A stretch of DNA of 64,000 nt, taken from contig CAXXSL010000001.1 of assembly GCA_963675525.2 (NCBI GenBank), positions 224,001-288,000 of the forward strand, given 5' to 3'. The translations under genes were made by a program, and so were the position numbers. Each line of letters starts with the position of its first letter. Positions within the stretch are counted from its first letter, which is position 1. Of this stretch, positions 1 to 10,777 are shown piece after piece. Under the pieces are notes generated by a model. The model was not told the origin of the DNA. It saw only the letters and a list, made by a program, of their open reading frames with translations, and made no database searches. Source of the DNA: Anaerohalosphaeraceae bacterium. Lineage in GTDB: Bacteria; Planctomycetota; Phycisphaerae; Sedimentisphaerales; Anaerohalosphaeraceae.

Positions 1-1
1 C

Positions 2-2815
2 CCCATTTCCCGGATATGGGAGCAGATGCATTTGTCGTATTGCCACGGCGTCGACCGGATTTGGATTGTCAACGTAGGGGATTTAAAGCCGATGGAATTT
101 CCCATCTCGTTTTTCCTCAATTATGCGTTGGCACCCGATGAATGGCCCGCAAAACGTTTGCCGGAATATACCCGTCAATGGGCACAGCAGCAGTTCGGCC
201 CTGAACACGCCGAGGCAATCGCCGACATCCTTTCCAAATACACGAAATACAACGGCCGAAAAAAACCTGAAATGCTGGCCCCCGACACCTATAACCTCGT
301 GGATTATCGTGAGGCTGAAACGGTCATAGCGGATTACACGAAACTCGTGGAAAAAGCCGAGCAGGTCGGCAAGGCGTTGCCCGCCCAATACAGGGACGCT
401 TATTTCCAACTGGTGCTGCATCCGGTACTGGCTTGTGCGAATCTCAATGAGCTGAAAGTGACTGTCGGCCAAAACCATCTTTATGCAAAGCAGGGCAGGG
501 CGGCCGCTAACACATTAGCCGAAAAGGTAAAAGCATTGTTCGAAAAGGATTCCGAAATTACCGACCGCTATCATAAACTTGCCGGCGGCAAGTGGAATCA
601 TATGATGGACCAGGCGCATATCAGTTTCACGATCTGGAGTTCACCGCCCAAAGATGTGATGCCCGAGGTCAAAACAGTTGAACTGTCTGCTGCCGCCGAT
701 ATGGGCGTCGCGATTGAAGGCTCGGCAGAATGGTGGCCCGAGTCGGAAAAGGAAGCCCTCCTGCCCGAATTCGACACGTACAATCGCCAGGTGTACTATA
801 TCGAAGTGTTTAATCGCGGCCAGGCTCCTTTCGGATATACGGTTGAAACGTCACAGCCCTGGCTGCAGGTGATTCCCGAAAAGGGGAACATCGAAATACA
901 GCAGCGGATCAATGTTAGTGTGGATTGGGATAAAGTCCCTGCCGGTACACAGAACGCTTTAATAAAAATCATCGGCCCCGATACAAAGAGTGTAACCGTT
1001 CAGGCCGTTGTAAAAAATCCCGAATCTCCGAAACGCGATGAACTCAAAGGTTTCGTTGAGAGCAACGGTTACGTTTCCATTGAGGCTGAGCATTATACCA
1101 GTGCGGTTAATGCAGACCCTGTCAAATGGCTCACGATTCCCGATCTGGGTCGAACGCTTTCAGGTATCACACCCATGCCGGTGACGGCCAAAAGTCAAAC
1201 GCCGCAGGGCAACAGCCCGCGACTGGAATATACGATACACTTTTTCAGCAGCGGCGATGTCGAAGTGAACGCGTATCTGTCCCCCACTCAGAACTTTAAA
1301 AAGGCACAAGGACTGCGTTATGCGATTTCATTTGATAACCAACCGCTGCAAATCATTAACATCCACGAGAAAGACACGGTGCCCGACTGGAAATATCCTG
1401 CCGAGTGGAATCAAGCGGTGAGTGATAATATCAAGATAACGACTTCAAAACACGAAATCAAAGAACCGGGTGAGCATGTTCTGAAATTCTGGATGGTCGA
1501 TCCCGGCATTGTGCTGCAGAAACTCGTCGTGGATGCCGGTGGTCTTAAGCCAAGTTATCTGGGTCCGCCGGAAAGTTATCGCGCCAGCGTCTCAACTGCA
1601 GATAACACCGTGTGTTCAATTTTCAAAGGTGCTTACGAAACCGGGGTGTTTCGCAATCTATTCGTCGAAATCGGCTATCCCTCAGAGGTTGTAACCGCCA
1701 AAGTCAATGCGGCCTATATGCAATTGTTTCACGGCGACCCGGAATCAGAGGCGGTTTATTTTGACGTGGGCAAGAATGACAACGGGCCGCTTGCCTATAT
1801 CTGCGATATCAACAACAACGATGTACGTTCAGAGGGTATGTCGTACGGCATGATGATAGCCGTACAACTGGATAAGAAAGCGGAGTTTGATGCATTATGG
1901 AACTGGGCCAAAACATATATGTACCATGATTCACCGAGCCATCCGGCTTATGGCTATTTTTCCTGGTCGATGAAAACCGATGGAACACCCAATGATGAAA
2001 TGCCCGCTCCGGACGGCGAAGAATATTTCGCAACGGCGCTGTATTTTGCCGCTGCACGCTGGGGCAATGGCAGCGGTATCTATGATTACAAAGTACACGC
2101 GGACCGACTTTTAAGCGACATGAAAAACCGAAAAACCATTACCGCATCGACTGTAACCTCTAAAGGTCCCATGACCGGTATCAACCTGTTTGACACGGAG
2201 CACAGAATGGTGCGTTTTACTTCTGATAAAATAAACGCCCAACACACCGATCCGTCGTATCATCTGCCCGCATTTTATGAACTGTGGGCACTATGGGGGC
2301 CTAAGGCGGATCGACCGTTCTGGGCAGAAGCGGCCGTCGTGAGCCGTAATTTTTTTCACAGTGCAGCGCACCGGAACACCGGCCTTGCCCCGGAATATGC
2401 CAATTTTGACGGGTCTCCCTGGGCCGCACCATGGAAACCGGATGCCGTCCATTTCCAGTTTGATTCCTGGCGGACGGCGATGAACTGGTCATTCGACTGG
2501 GCCTGGTGGGCCAAAGACGAAAGAGCAAGAGAACGAAGCGACCGCTTGCAGGCGTTTTTTGAATCCAAAGGAATGTCTGATTACGGAAACCGTTTTACCC
2601 TCGAAGGCAATCCCATCGGCAATGATCGTTCGACCGGATTGGTGGCAATGAATGCGACGGCCTCTCTGGCGGCAACCCATCCGCGCGCTCAAAAATTTGT
2701 GCGGGCGTTGTGGGATGCGCCGATTCCGACGGGACAATACCGCTACTACGACGGCATGTTATATATGATGGCCATGCTGCACTGTAGCGGGAACTACCGC
2801 ATCTGGTCTCCGTGA
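2..2815 (+). CDS. GH115 alpha-glucuronidase (C-terminal part) fused to a GH8 reducing-end xylose-releasing exo-oligoxylanase-like domain; 5'-truncated by the window edge
   Basis: Frame is open from base 2 (PISRIWEQMHL...WIVNVGDLKPME, GH115-like), followed by the GH115 C-terminal domain (GYVSIEAEH, VDPGIVLQK). GH8 motifs follow: DVRSEGMSYGMM, PAPDGEEYF, TDPSYHLPAFYELW, YRYYDG. Confidence 0.85.
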   Translation, partial: PISRIWEQMHLSYCHGVDRIWIVNVGDLKPMEFPISFFLNYALAPDEWPAKRLPEYTRQWAQQQFGPEHAEAIADILSKYTKYNGRKKPEMLAPDTYNLVDYREAETVIADYTKLVEKAEQVGKALPAQYRDAYFQLVLHPVLACANLNELKVTVGQNHLYAKQGRAAANTLAEKVKALFEKDSEITDRYHKLAGGKWNHMMDQAHISFTIWSSPPKDVMPEVKTVELSAAADMGVAIEGSAEWWPESEKEALLPEFDTYNRQVYYIEVFNRGQAPFGYTVETSQPWLQVIPEKGNIEIQQRINVSVDWDKVPAGTQNALIKIIGPDTKSVTVQAVVKNPESPKRDELKGFVESNGYVSIEAEHYTSAVNADPVKWLTIPDLGRTLSGITPMPVTAKSQTPQGNSPRLEYTIHFFSSGDVEVNAYLSPTQNFKKAQGLRYAISFDNQPLQIINIHEKDTVPDWKYPAEWNQAVSDNIKITTSKHEIKEPGEHVLKFWMVDPGIVLQKLVVDAGGLKPSYLGPPESYRASVSTADNTVCSIFKGAYETGVFRNLFVEIGYPSEVVTAKVNAAYMQLFHGDPESEAVYFDVGKNDNGPLAYICDINNNDVRSEGMSYGMMIAVQLDKKAEFDALWNWAKTYMYHDSPSHPAYGYFSWSMKTDGTPNDEMPAPDGEEYFATALYFAAARWGNGSGIYDYKVHADRLLSDMKNRKTITASTVTSKGPMTGINLFDTEHRMVRFTSDKINAQHTDPSYHLPAFYELWALWGPKADRPFWAEAAVVSRNFFHSAAHRNTGLAPEYANFDGSPWAAPWKPDAVHFQFDSWRTAMNWSFDWAWWAKDERARERSDRLQAFFESKGMSDYGNRFTLEGNPIGNDRSTGLVAMNATASLAATHPRAQKFVRALWDAPIPTGQYRYYDGMLYMMAMLHCSGNYRIWSP

Positions 2816-2956
2816 ATCAGTTTCTAAAATACAGTTATTTATGCAGATCAATGAGTGATATACTCTCATAGCAACGGGGATAGAAAACAGGGCCAAACCA
2901 CATCCATATCAGTCAGACCGAAGACCTCTTGCTGGAGATGGTTATTTGCCTGTTCG

Positions 2957-5362
2957 TTACATTCCCGTGAGCCACCACTGGGCAAAGTCCGCCAAATCCT
3001 CTAAATCAACATCATTGTCAAGATCGATATCGCCTGGAATTGGTTTTTCAGAAATCGCCTGTACCGAGGCACTTGAACCGTATTCCAAAACAAACGTACC
3101 GCCGCCGGAAGGAAAAAACCCCGTTTGTTCGCAACTGGGCCGGACGCGAAGCAGCGGATCGGTGTTCTGCCATGGGTAGCTCCCGTCACCGTCAACCGTA
3201 ACAGGGCCAATGTAATATAAAAGATCAGTGCCGGGAATCGTCGATACAAAATTAAAGGCCAGGTTCGCCCCGATCGTGAAATCGAAAATTCCCTCGTTCT
3301 GGCTTGTCTTGCTGAGTGTCATCTGACCCATGGAAGGAAAGTATGGGTCCGGCGTTAGCGTCACATCGAAAAACGATTCGGTCATGCCGCCGCTGAAAGT
3401 TACGCGAACAGGTTCGGTGCTGACCAGGTTCAATTCGACCAGTTCAATATCGATTGGCGCCGGCGGGTCGAACGTCTCGGCGTCCTCCATTCGCTCAATA
3501 ACCGTATCGGCCAGGTTCGTGGATGGGTTAACTGGTTTTCCTTTCATGGCAATGATACCATCAAAGGGGTCGGAGCCGGGGCCGAAATAATCGGCAGGCA
3601 GCGGTCCAAAGGGCGGTGCGCCGAAATCAAATTCGGCTGAATAGGTCAGCCAGTAGTCAATACCCGCCGGCACAGGAAGAAAGTATGACGTTTCACAAGT
3701 CCGAATTCGAATCGTTCCGGTTGTCGTTCCTGTATAGCCGTCGAGTTGACTTCCGGGTGCCCCGGTAAATTCGATCTCGTATGTAATGTCAAAGAAACTG
3801 TCCACGGCAAAATCACCGCTGGGCAATTCCGTCAGAGTCGTCTGACCCGAACTGGGCAGGCCCAGGTCGGTGCCTGCGCGGAAGCGTAATATGTTAAAAT
3901 CCGGGTCGCCCAATAGTTCACCCTGCAGGCGGAACCAATCCGCGTCGAACGTTTGTACAGGGTCTCCGGGATTACGTGGGCCGGTATGGACTTCGCAGGT
4001 GATGGGAATAGAGAGACTGCGGTTGTAGCCCGCCAGGCTTCCGGTACCGTAAAGCGGAGCATCAAACGTGGCGTCAAATTGCTGGACCTGGCCGCCAAGA
4101 GAGCCTCCGGCAAAACGAAAGATATTCAAAAAGTCCTTGATAACGCCGTCGATTTCCATGGTGGTTCCGGGTGGCAGACCGTCTATGATATGGTACGTAT
4201 CATCATAGCCTGCGTATGTACACCCTACGGGAGGTAAGTCTGCGGTACCGGTACCATTATCGGGTACGATACAACAGTAAGCAAGGACTGTCATCTTACC
4301 GGCATTGCTGCTGGCGTAACCATCTTCTGAGCCGTCACTGCCGTAACCGGCATTTTTATCACAGTACAGCCAGGTCGTTCCCGTATCAGCTGAAAAGCGA
4401 TAGGCGTAATCATAATCACCGGGACTGCCCGGTGTTGTAAGTGTTCCCATATATTCATCATTGCCCGGCTCGGAAGCATCGTTCCATGCAGGATTAATCG
4501 TTGCCGAAGTCCAGACCCATGATGCGTCCGTCGATGGATCCGTACCCACAGTCCCGTAGCCGACTCCGGCCTCAAGATACACGGACGGATCACTGCCGCT
4601 GGTTCGGGTTGTGATTCCCGGCGCATACACGTGTCCATAGACAGTCACGCCGGTTCCGCTGGTTTCTTCAATCGTTAAAGGCCATTGCAGCCGGCCCCAG
4701 TCAGCGCTGTACGCATCGGTCTTCACATGAATGGTTCCGGTTGTCGTTCCTGCGTATCCGTCGAGCGGGCTCCCAGGTGCCCCGGTAAATTCGATCTCAT
4801 AGGTAATGTCAAAGAAACTGTCCACGGCAAAATCACCGCTGGGCAATTCCGTCAAACTGGTCTGGCCCGGACCGGGCGGACTTAAAGATGGATCGAGACG
4901 AAGGCGAAAATAATCGAAATCCGGGTCGCCGCCAAATTCACAATTCAGGTATATGAAATCCGAGTCGAACGTTTGCACGGGGTCTCCGGGATTTCGTGGG
5001 CCCGTATGAACTTCGCAGACCATGGGGATAGATAGAGTGCGATTGTAGCCCGCCAGGCTCCCTGTGCCATAAAGCGGGGCGTCAAAAGTGGCCTCAAATT
5101 GCTGGATCTCACCGCCAAGAGTGCCGCCGCCAGTACGAACGACATTGATAAAGTTCCTGATCACGCCTTCGATTTCAATCGTGGTTCCGGGTGGCAGACC
5201 GTCTATGATGTGGTACGTGTCAGTATAGCTTGCGTACGTGCAGCCATCGGGAGGAAGGTTTGCGGTACCCGACCCGTTATCCGGCACGGTGCAGCAGTAA
5301 GCCGGGATTGTCAATAAACAAAGCGAAACGATGAACACATGAAAGAAATGGTTGCGTTTCAT
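2957..5362 (-). CDS. Secreted multidomain protein with two 190-aa internal repeats and a C-terminal dockerin-like motif
   Basis: Signal peptide, RBS AAGGAGG, duplicated CCxVPDNG...FAVDSFFDITYEIEF domain, C-terminal GDIDLDNDVDLEDLADFAQWWL. Confidence 0.8.
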   Translation of the reverse strand: MKRNHFFHVFIVSLCLLTIPAYCCTVPDNGSGTANLPPDGCTYASYTDTYHIIDGLPPGTTIEIEGVIRNFINVVRTGGGTLGGEIQQFEATFDAPLYGTGSLAGYNRTLSIPMVCEVHTGPRNPGDPVQTFDSDFIYLNCEFGGDPDFDYFRLRLDPSLSPPGPGQTSLTELPSGDFAVDSFFDITYEIEFTGAPGSPLDGYAGTTTGTIHVKTDAYSADWGRLQWPLTIEETSGTGVTVYGHVYAPGITTRTSGSDPSVYLEAGVGYGTVGTDPSTDASWVWTSATINPAWNDASEPGNDEYMGTLTTPGSPGDYDYAYRFSADTGTTWLYCDKNAGYGSDGSEDGYASSNAGKMTVLAYCCIVPDNGTGTADLPPVGCTYAGYDDTYHIIDGLPPGTTMEIDGVIKDFLNIFRFAGGSLGGQVQQFDATFDAPLYGTGSLAGYNRSLSIPITCEVHTGPRNPGDPVQTFDADWFRLQGELLGDPDFNILRFRAGTDLGLPSSGQTTLTELPSGDFAVDSFFDITYEIEFTGAPGSQLDGYTGTTTGTIRIRTCETSYFLPVPAGIDYWLTYSAEFDFGAPPFGPLPADYFGPGSDPFDGIIAMKGKPVNPSTNLADTVIERMEDAETFDPPAPIDIELVELNLVSTEPVRVTFSGGMTESFFDVTLTPDPYFPSMGQMTLSKTSQNEGIFDFTIGANLAFNFVSTIPGTDLLYYIGPVTVDGDGSYPWQNTDPLLRVRPSCEQTGFFPSGGGTFVLEYGSSASVQAISEKPIPGDIDLDNDVDLEDLADFAQWWLTGM
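3710..5299 (-). repeat. Intragenic direct repeat: 4730-5299 and 3710-4279 (570 nt each)
   Basis: Two colinear, equal-length copies with long identical stretches such as aatgtcaaagaaactgtccacggcaaaatcaccgctgggcaattccgtca. Confidence 0.9.
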
Positions 5363-5925
5363 TTTTTGGCCTCCTTAAAGAAAAATGAATCATAAATACA
5401 GGACAGAACATTATCCGTACTTTTTCACATACCTTTTAACATTGTATCTGATGCGATTCTCTTCGAAGGTGATGATGCTTCAAGATGCCTGAAACGCTGA
5501 TTACTAAATTCTATCGCCTTTTTTCCTTTTTGTCAAGAAAAAGAAGGTCATATAGGGTCCGGAACCCGTCGATATGGGCCCTATAATGGACATAATCAAC
5601 GCTGTTGATAGAAAAAATTTTCATTGGGCCTGTATCAACGGGTGCAAAAAAAACGGGGATTGCATCGGTTTAGATGAAAACAAAGCTAATATTTGATAAC
5701 GCCGTCGCCGGCAGTGGTGTTTGTGACTTATTTCTCATATCTCTGCCACACGATGGTTTACACTGTTGCTGTCATTCAGATCAAAATTGAGCGGTGTTCC
5801 TGTCATCGGATGTTGCAATAAACCTTTGATGCCGGAACGTTTGATAATCTGATGGTTATAGTTTTAAAATATGATATATTAACGCTATTCAAGTAAATGA
5901 GGTATATTTGATTTGGAGAACCCAA

Positions 5926-7866
5926 ATGTCTGAAATTAAAAAACGAATAATTCTGTTCAGATACAGGATACTTTCGATAATCTGCATATTGGTCACCGCT
6001 TCGGTCTGTCCGGCCCAGCGGCAGATGGAAAACCTGACGCGCGGGGTGGTGGCGGTTAAGCAGGCGGACAAGGGAGTCTATATCGGCTGGCGGCTTTTCG
6101 GGACCGATCCGGAAGCCATCGCCTTTAATGTCTATCGTGTCGTTGAAAACGGCGAACCGGTCAAGGTCAACCCGAAACCGATTACGGATTCGACAAACTA
6201 TATAGACGCTCGGGCGGATATGCAAAAAACCCTACAGTATTTCATCCGGCCGGTGCTCGAGGGCAAAGAACTGCCTCCCTGCAAACCGGTCAGTGTGTGG
6301 GAGGATAATTATCTTGAAATCCCGATTCAGCCGATTGACAGCTACCGTCCCGGCGATGCTTCGATAGCCGATCTGGACGGTGACGGCGAATATGAAATTG
6401 TGCTCCATCAGGTTTCACGAGGCAGAGATAACTCCTTTGCCGGGCTAACCGGTATACCCATTCTTGACGCGTATGAGCTGGACGGAACTTTGCTGTGGCG
6501 GATCGATCTGGGTGTCAACATTCGCGATGGCGAGCATTATACCCAGTTTATGGTCTATGACCTGGATGGCGACGGCAAGGCGGAAGTTGCCTGCAAGACC
6601 GCCGACGGTACTAAGGATGGAATGGGGACAATCATCGGCGACAAGGACAAGGACTGGCGGACCCATAATGAAGGTGATGCGAGAGACGGGCGGATTCTGG
6701 AGGGTCCCGAATATTTTACGATTTTTGACGGGAAGACCGGGGCGGCGCTGAAAACGGTGGATTATATCCCTTCGCGGGATCCGATCAACGGCTGGGGCGG
6801 CATCGGCGGCAACGGCGGCAATGACAACTACGGCAACCGCTGCGACCGGTTCCTGGCCTGTATCGCTTACCTGGACGGCGAACGTCCGAGCGTGGTGATG
6901 TGCCGGGGGGTTTATGGGCGAACGGTTCTGGCCGCATGGGACTGGCGTGACGGCAAACTGACCAGCCGCTGGGTGTTTGATTCCGGCAGCAGCAATCCGC
7001 CGTTTAAGGATGCCTCGCCCTATTCGGGTATGGGTGGCCATAGCATCTCTGTGGCGGACGTGGACAATGACGGCAAAGACGAGATCATCTATCATGCGAT
7101 GGTCGTCGATGACAACGGTAAGGGGTTGTATTCAACGGGATTCCGGCACGGCGATGCACTGCATGTGGCGGATATGTATCCGGACCGACAGGGGCTGGAG
7201 ATATTGACGGTGCATGAAAACGAAGATGACACCGTGCGTTTTCAGACGCCGGGCGTGGTGATGCGGGATGCGGCGACAGGCAAGGTGCTTTGGAAATTCG
7301 GCCCCGGTGTGGATGTCGGTGGCGGGATTGCAGCCGATATCGACCCCACGTATCCTGGCTTTGAGGCATGGGACACCACCGGTGAACTGCGCGACGAAAG
7401 CGGGACGGTCATCGGCGCCGCTCCCCGGATGCGGGATTTTGTGATATGGTGGGATGGGGACCTGCTGCGGGAACTGCTGGGCGGTACAACGATCTATAAA
7501 TGGAACTGGAAAGAGAGCAGACCGGAGCAGATTTTTTCGACCGGTTCCGGTGGGCGACGACGGGGATGGGGGCGGCCCAACCTGATGGGCGATTTTGTCG
7601 GTGACTGGCGTGAGGAACTGTTGATTCCCGGACCGGACCGTCAATCATTGCGGTTGTATACGACCACCATCCCGACTGAATTTCGCATTTACACGCTGAT
7701 GCACGACCCGCAATACCGCCTGTCGATAGCGTGGCAGAACGTGGCTTATAACAAACCGCCGCACACCGGCTTTTATATCGGGACAAACATGGCGCCTCCC
7801 CCGAAACCAAACATTGTGCTCATCGGGAAGGGCGAAGCCGTCGCAGGGGTGCAGGAGAAGAAGTGA
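5926..7866 (+). CDS. Rhamnogalacturonan lyase, PL11 (YesW/YesX-like)
   Basis: QRQMENLTRGVVA, WRIDLGVNIR, HYTQFMVYDLDGDGKAE, YTLMHDPQYRLSIAWQNVAYNKPPH; signal peptide; ATG at 5926 follows GGAG. Confidence 0.92.
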   Translation: MSEIKKRIILFRYRILSIICILVTASVCPAQRQMENLTRGVVAVKQADKGVYIGWRLFGTDPEAIAFNVYRVVENGEPVKVNPKPITDSTNYIDARADMQKTLQYFIRPVLEGKELPPCKPVSVWEDNYLEIPIQPIDSYRPGDASIADLDGDGEYEIVLHQVSRGRDNSFAGLTGIPILDAYELDGTLLWRIDLGVNIRDGEHYTQFMVYDLDGDGKAEVACKTADGTKDGMGTIIGDKDKDWRTHNEGDARDGRILEGPEYFTIFDGKTGAALKTVDYIPSRDPINGWGGIGGNGGNDNYGNRCDRFLACIAYLDGERPSVVMCRGVYGRTVLAAWDWRDGKLTSRWVFDSGSSNPPFKDASPYSGMGGHSISVADVDNDGKDEIIYHAMVVDDNGKGLYSTGFRHGDALHVADMYPDRQGLEILTVHENEDDTVRFQTPGVVMRDAATGKVLWKFGPGVDVGGGIAADIDPTYPGFEAWDTTGELRDESGTVIGAAPRMRDFVIWWDGDLLRELLGGTTIYKWNWKESRPEQIFSTGSGGRRRGWGRPNLMGDFVGDWREELLIPGPDRQSLRLYTTTIPTEFRIYTLMHDPQYRLSIAWQNVAYNKPPHTGFYIGTNMAPPPKPNIVLIGKGEAVAGVQEKK

Positions 7867-8278
7867 TCTTCGTAACATTTTGATCAAGTAGCGGCACGGG
7901 CTTCCAGCCCGCGTTAAAACTTTCAGGACGGTTGCGCCATGTAAGATTTATCAACCGTAATCTTATAAAAGATTCTAACAGGCAGCGGCAGCCGAAATCC
8001 GTCCGATAACTCACTTATCAAGCCGGTATTTTATATCCACAGAATTTTTTCCTTTAGACAAACCATTCATCGATACCCTCATCAATCGTTTAATTACTAA
8101 TACTGTGTCTTTAATATGTGATTTTATGTTTAAAGAAAAATCTTCACATTAATAAGAAAGCAATAAACGACGAAACATGAATGTTCCTTATATTCTGGAT
8201 TCTTAGAGCATATGGATCTTTAAAATCTTATATTAAAGCAATTGAAAAATATAACATTAACCTGAACAGGTAAAGATT

Positions 8279-10291
8279 ATGTTTAACTTCATACTAAAGT
8301 CGAAACTTATCCGATTCATATTTGCTTTTGGATTGATTTTGGGTCTTAGCATAGAGATGCGAGCAGAGGGAAATAGTGTTAGCGATGAAAACCTCTTCGA
8401 TATGTCTCTTGAGAATCTTATGGAAATCGAGATTTCCTCTTCGGCCCGTCGTCCTCAGTCCTTATCCCGTGCCTCCAGAGCCGTATACGTTATCACCGCT
8501 GAAGACATCCGACAGGCCGGTCCCGTCAGAATTGAAGACCTTTTCCGCATGGTGCCGGGGATGGATGTATTCCAGACAAAAGGGCTTGTTTCTCAGGTGG
8601 GCAGCCGAGGATACACTAAATGGAATAATGAGCGAATGCAGATCCTGGTGGACGGACGGCCTTTATATGATCCCTATCTTGGCGGCTCATTGCTTTATCT
8701 CAATCCGGTATTCCTGGATAATATTGAGCAGATCGAAGTCATCCGTGGCGCTGCCGGTGTGACTTGGGGCGTCAATGCCATGAACGGTGTGATCAATATC
8801 ATTACCAAGAAAGCGGCCGATACACAGGGCAGTTTGGTTTCCGGCAGCATCGGTAAGCAGCAAATGCGGAATGGATTTATTCGATACGGTGCGGCGGATG
8901 GACCTTTATCATGGCGAACCACGGTAGGTAACTTTTCTGACAATGGCTTTGCTCTGGAAAATGGTCAGCACATCCCGGACAATTATGACGCCTTTCAGGT
9001 TACGGGCCGGGGTGAATATAAGATCAATGACAACCAAACTCTGACCTTCGCCGGCGGGCACCAGAACGCATCATCTAATTCCGAACGTCTGCAATACATG
9101 AATTTCATCTGGGATAAACTCATGGATGACGGTGGTTCCTGGCAAGTACGCTGGACGGAAAGTTATATTTTTCGAAACAACAAAAAAAATTACTTCTCCA
9201 GCTCCAATAGCAGTCTCTTTACATTGGTGAACCTGCGTTCACATGAAGAGATCTTTGAGGTACAGCGAAACTACACCCACGAAAACCATAACGTTGTTTG
9301 GGGAGCCGATTATACACGGGATATTTACAGAAGCTCCACTCGTAATGATCAGGACAATACGATCCCGGATGACTTCGAAAATGACCAGGGAAGTCTCTTT
9401 ATTGAAGATGAAATTACACTGGCCGACAACCTGTGGTTTACAATAGGTTACCGGGGACACTATAATGAATTGACGCATTTCGATTGGGCAGCCAGTACCG
9501 CACTGGTCTGGGAATTCGTACCGAAACATTTCCTTAGAGGTGCAGTCTCTCGGTCGTTCAGAAGACCCACAATGTGGCAGGAATTTCGAACCGGTCCTGT
9601 GAAGTATAGTGGATTTCGAATCAATGGCGAAGGCAATGATTCGTTGCGTAATGAAACCCAGATTTCTTACGAAGTCGGTTATCGCGGACAGTTCACGGAT
9701 AATTTCTCTCTCAATATCGAAGGGTATCTCAACAAAGACAAGGATATGATGGCTCTCAGCAAAGGTTTGTACCAGGCATCGCAACCTTGGCTGCCCGGTT
9801 CAGCCTGGGTTGAAGAAGACTGGTATGACCATTGGAATAATACCTATGATGTAACAACGTACGGTCTCGAAACTTCATTTGATTGGGAACCGGCTGACTG
9901 GTGGATGATGAGAGGTTTTCATGTTTACACTCATCAAACGGGAAGAAACGAGTTGACCAACTGGCGTACGGGCGAAACAGGAATTATCCTAGGTCCCAAG
10001 CATCGAGTCGGTTTAACAAACCGCTTTAAACTGGATGACTCTACTACTCTGAACACACAATTATACTGGACTGACACGGCTACACCTTACGATGAGTATA
10101 TACAAGGGCAGCCTTTCTGGAGACTTGACGTTCGTCTGGCCAAAAGATTCTTGAATGATCGTGCCGAAATCGCAATTGGAGCGATGAATCTGCTGGACAA
10201 AAACCATTACGAGGGAGGTTATGACTGGGGAACCAGCAGCTACAACGAGGTTCCCCGTCAGCTTTATGTACAGTTCTTCTGCAATTTTTAA
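8279..10291 (+). CDS. TonB-dependent receptor
   Basis: Plug motifs (LFDMSLENLMEIEI, VITAEDI, LVDGRPLY, IEVIRG...NAMNGVINIITK) and a C-terminal Phe. Confidence 0.9.
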   Translation: MFNFILKSKLIRFIFAFGLILGLSIEMRAEGNSVSDENLFDMSLENLMEIEISSSARRPQSLSRASRAVYVITAEDIRQAGPVRIEDLFRMVPGMDVFQTKGLVSQVGSRGYTKWNNERMQILVDGRPLYDPYLGGSLLYLNPVFLDNIEQIEVIRGAAGVTWGVNAMNGVINIITKKAADTQGSLVSGSIGKQQMRNGFIRYGAADGPLSWRTTVGNFSDNGFALENGQHIPDNYDAFQVTGRGEYKINDNQTLTFAGGHQNASSNSERLQYMNFIWDKLMDDGGSWQVRWTESYIFRNNKKNYFSSSNSSLFTLVNLRSHEEIFEVQRNYTHENHNVVWGADYTRDIYRSSTRNDQDNTIPDDFENDQGSLFIEDEITLADNLWFTIGYRGHYNELTHFDWAASTALVWEFVPKHFLRGAVSRSFRRPTMWQEFRTGPVKYSGFRINGEGNDSLRNETQISYEVGYRGQFTDNFSLNIEGYLNKDKDMMALSKGLYQASQPWLPGSAWVEEDWYDHWNNTYDVTTYGLETSFDWEPADWWMMRGFHVYTHQTGRNELTNWRTGETGIILGPKHRVGLTNRFKLDDSTTLNTQLYWTDTATPYDEYIQGQPFWRLDVRLAKRFLNDRAEIAIGAMNLLDKNHYEGGYDWGTSSYNEVPRQLYVQFFCNF

Positions 10292-10527
10292 TCAATTCTC
10301 GATATCGGCTGGTTATGGCGGACATCATCAGGCCTAGACCCGAAGTCGACCATGATCCCGGGGGCAAAGGATTTGTCGCCCCCCGCGCAGACGCGGGTTC
10401 AGGACCAGAAAAAAAACAAAGTGTCCCAAAATGTGAATTTGTGGGCGAAATATGTTTCCCGGCGGACAAAATCATTCTATAATATCGCTGGAATCTAATT
10501 TTAACGGTCTTTTAGGTGAGAGAATCT

Positions 10528-10776
10528 ATGGGCAAAAAATTATATGTTGGGAATTTAAGTCCTGATGCAAACGAAGCAAGCCTGAAAACGCTGTTCTCTA
10601 TGTTCGGGGCGGTTGAAAGGGCGTATATCATACCTGACAAGGAAACCGGCAAGAGCAAGGGGTTTGGTTTTGTTGTTATGAGCAGCGATGAAGAGGCTCA
10701 AGCCGCCATCGGAGCTCTGGACGGTAAAAAGTGCGGTGAGTACACGGTTAGGGTCAGCGAAGCCAAGGGGAAATAA
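10528..10776 (+). CDS. RRM RNA-binding protein
   Basis: RNP2 LYVGNL and RNP1 KGFGFV. Confidence 0.93.
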   Translation: MGKKLYVGNLSPDANEASLKTLFSMFGAVERAYIIPDKETGKSKGFGFVVMSSDEEAQAAIGALDGKKCGEYTVRVSEAKGK

Positions 10777-10777
10777 A

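Noticed and set aside
3710..5299. Near-identical repeats considered as a DGR template/variable pair
   Set aside because: Both copies are in-frame domains of one protein, the differences do not look adenine-specific, and no reverse transcriptase is present.
10292..10515. GC-rich structured intergenic stretch considered as a riboswitch
   Set aside because: I could not match the conserved core of any riboswitch class by eye; an Rfam scan is needed.
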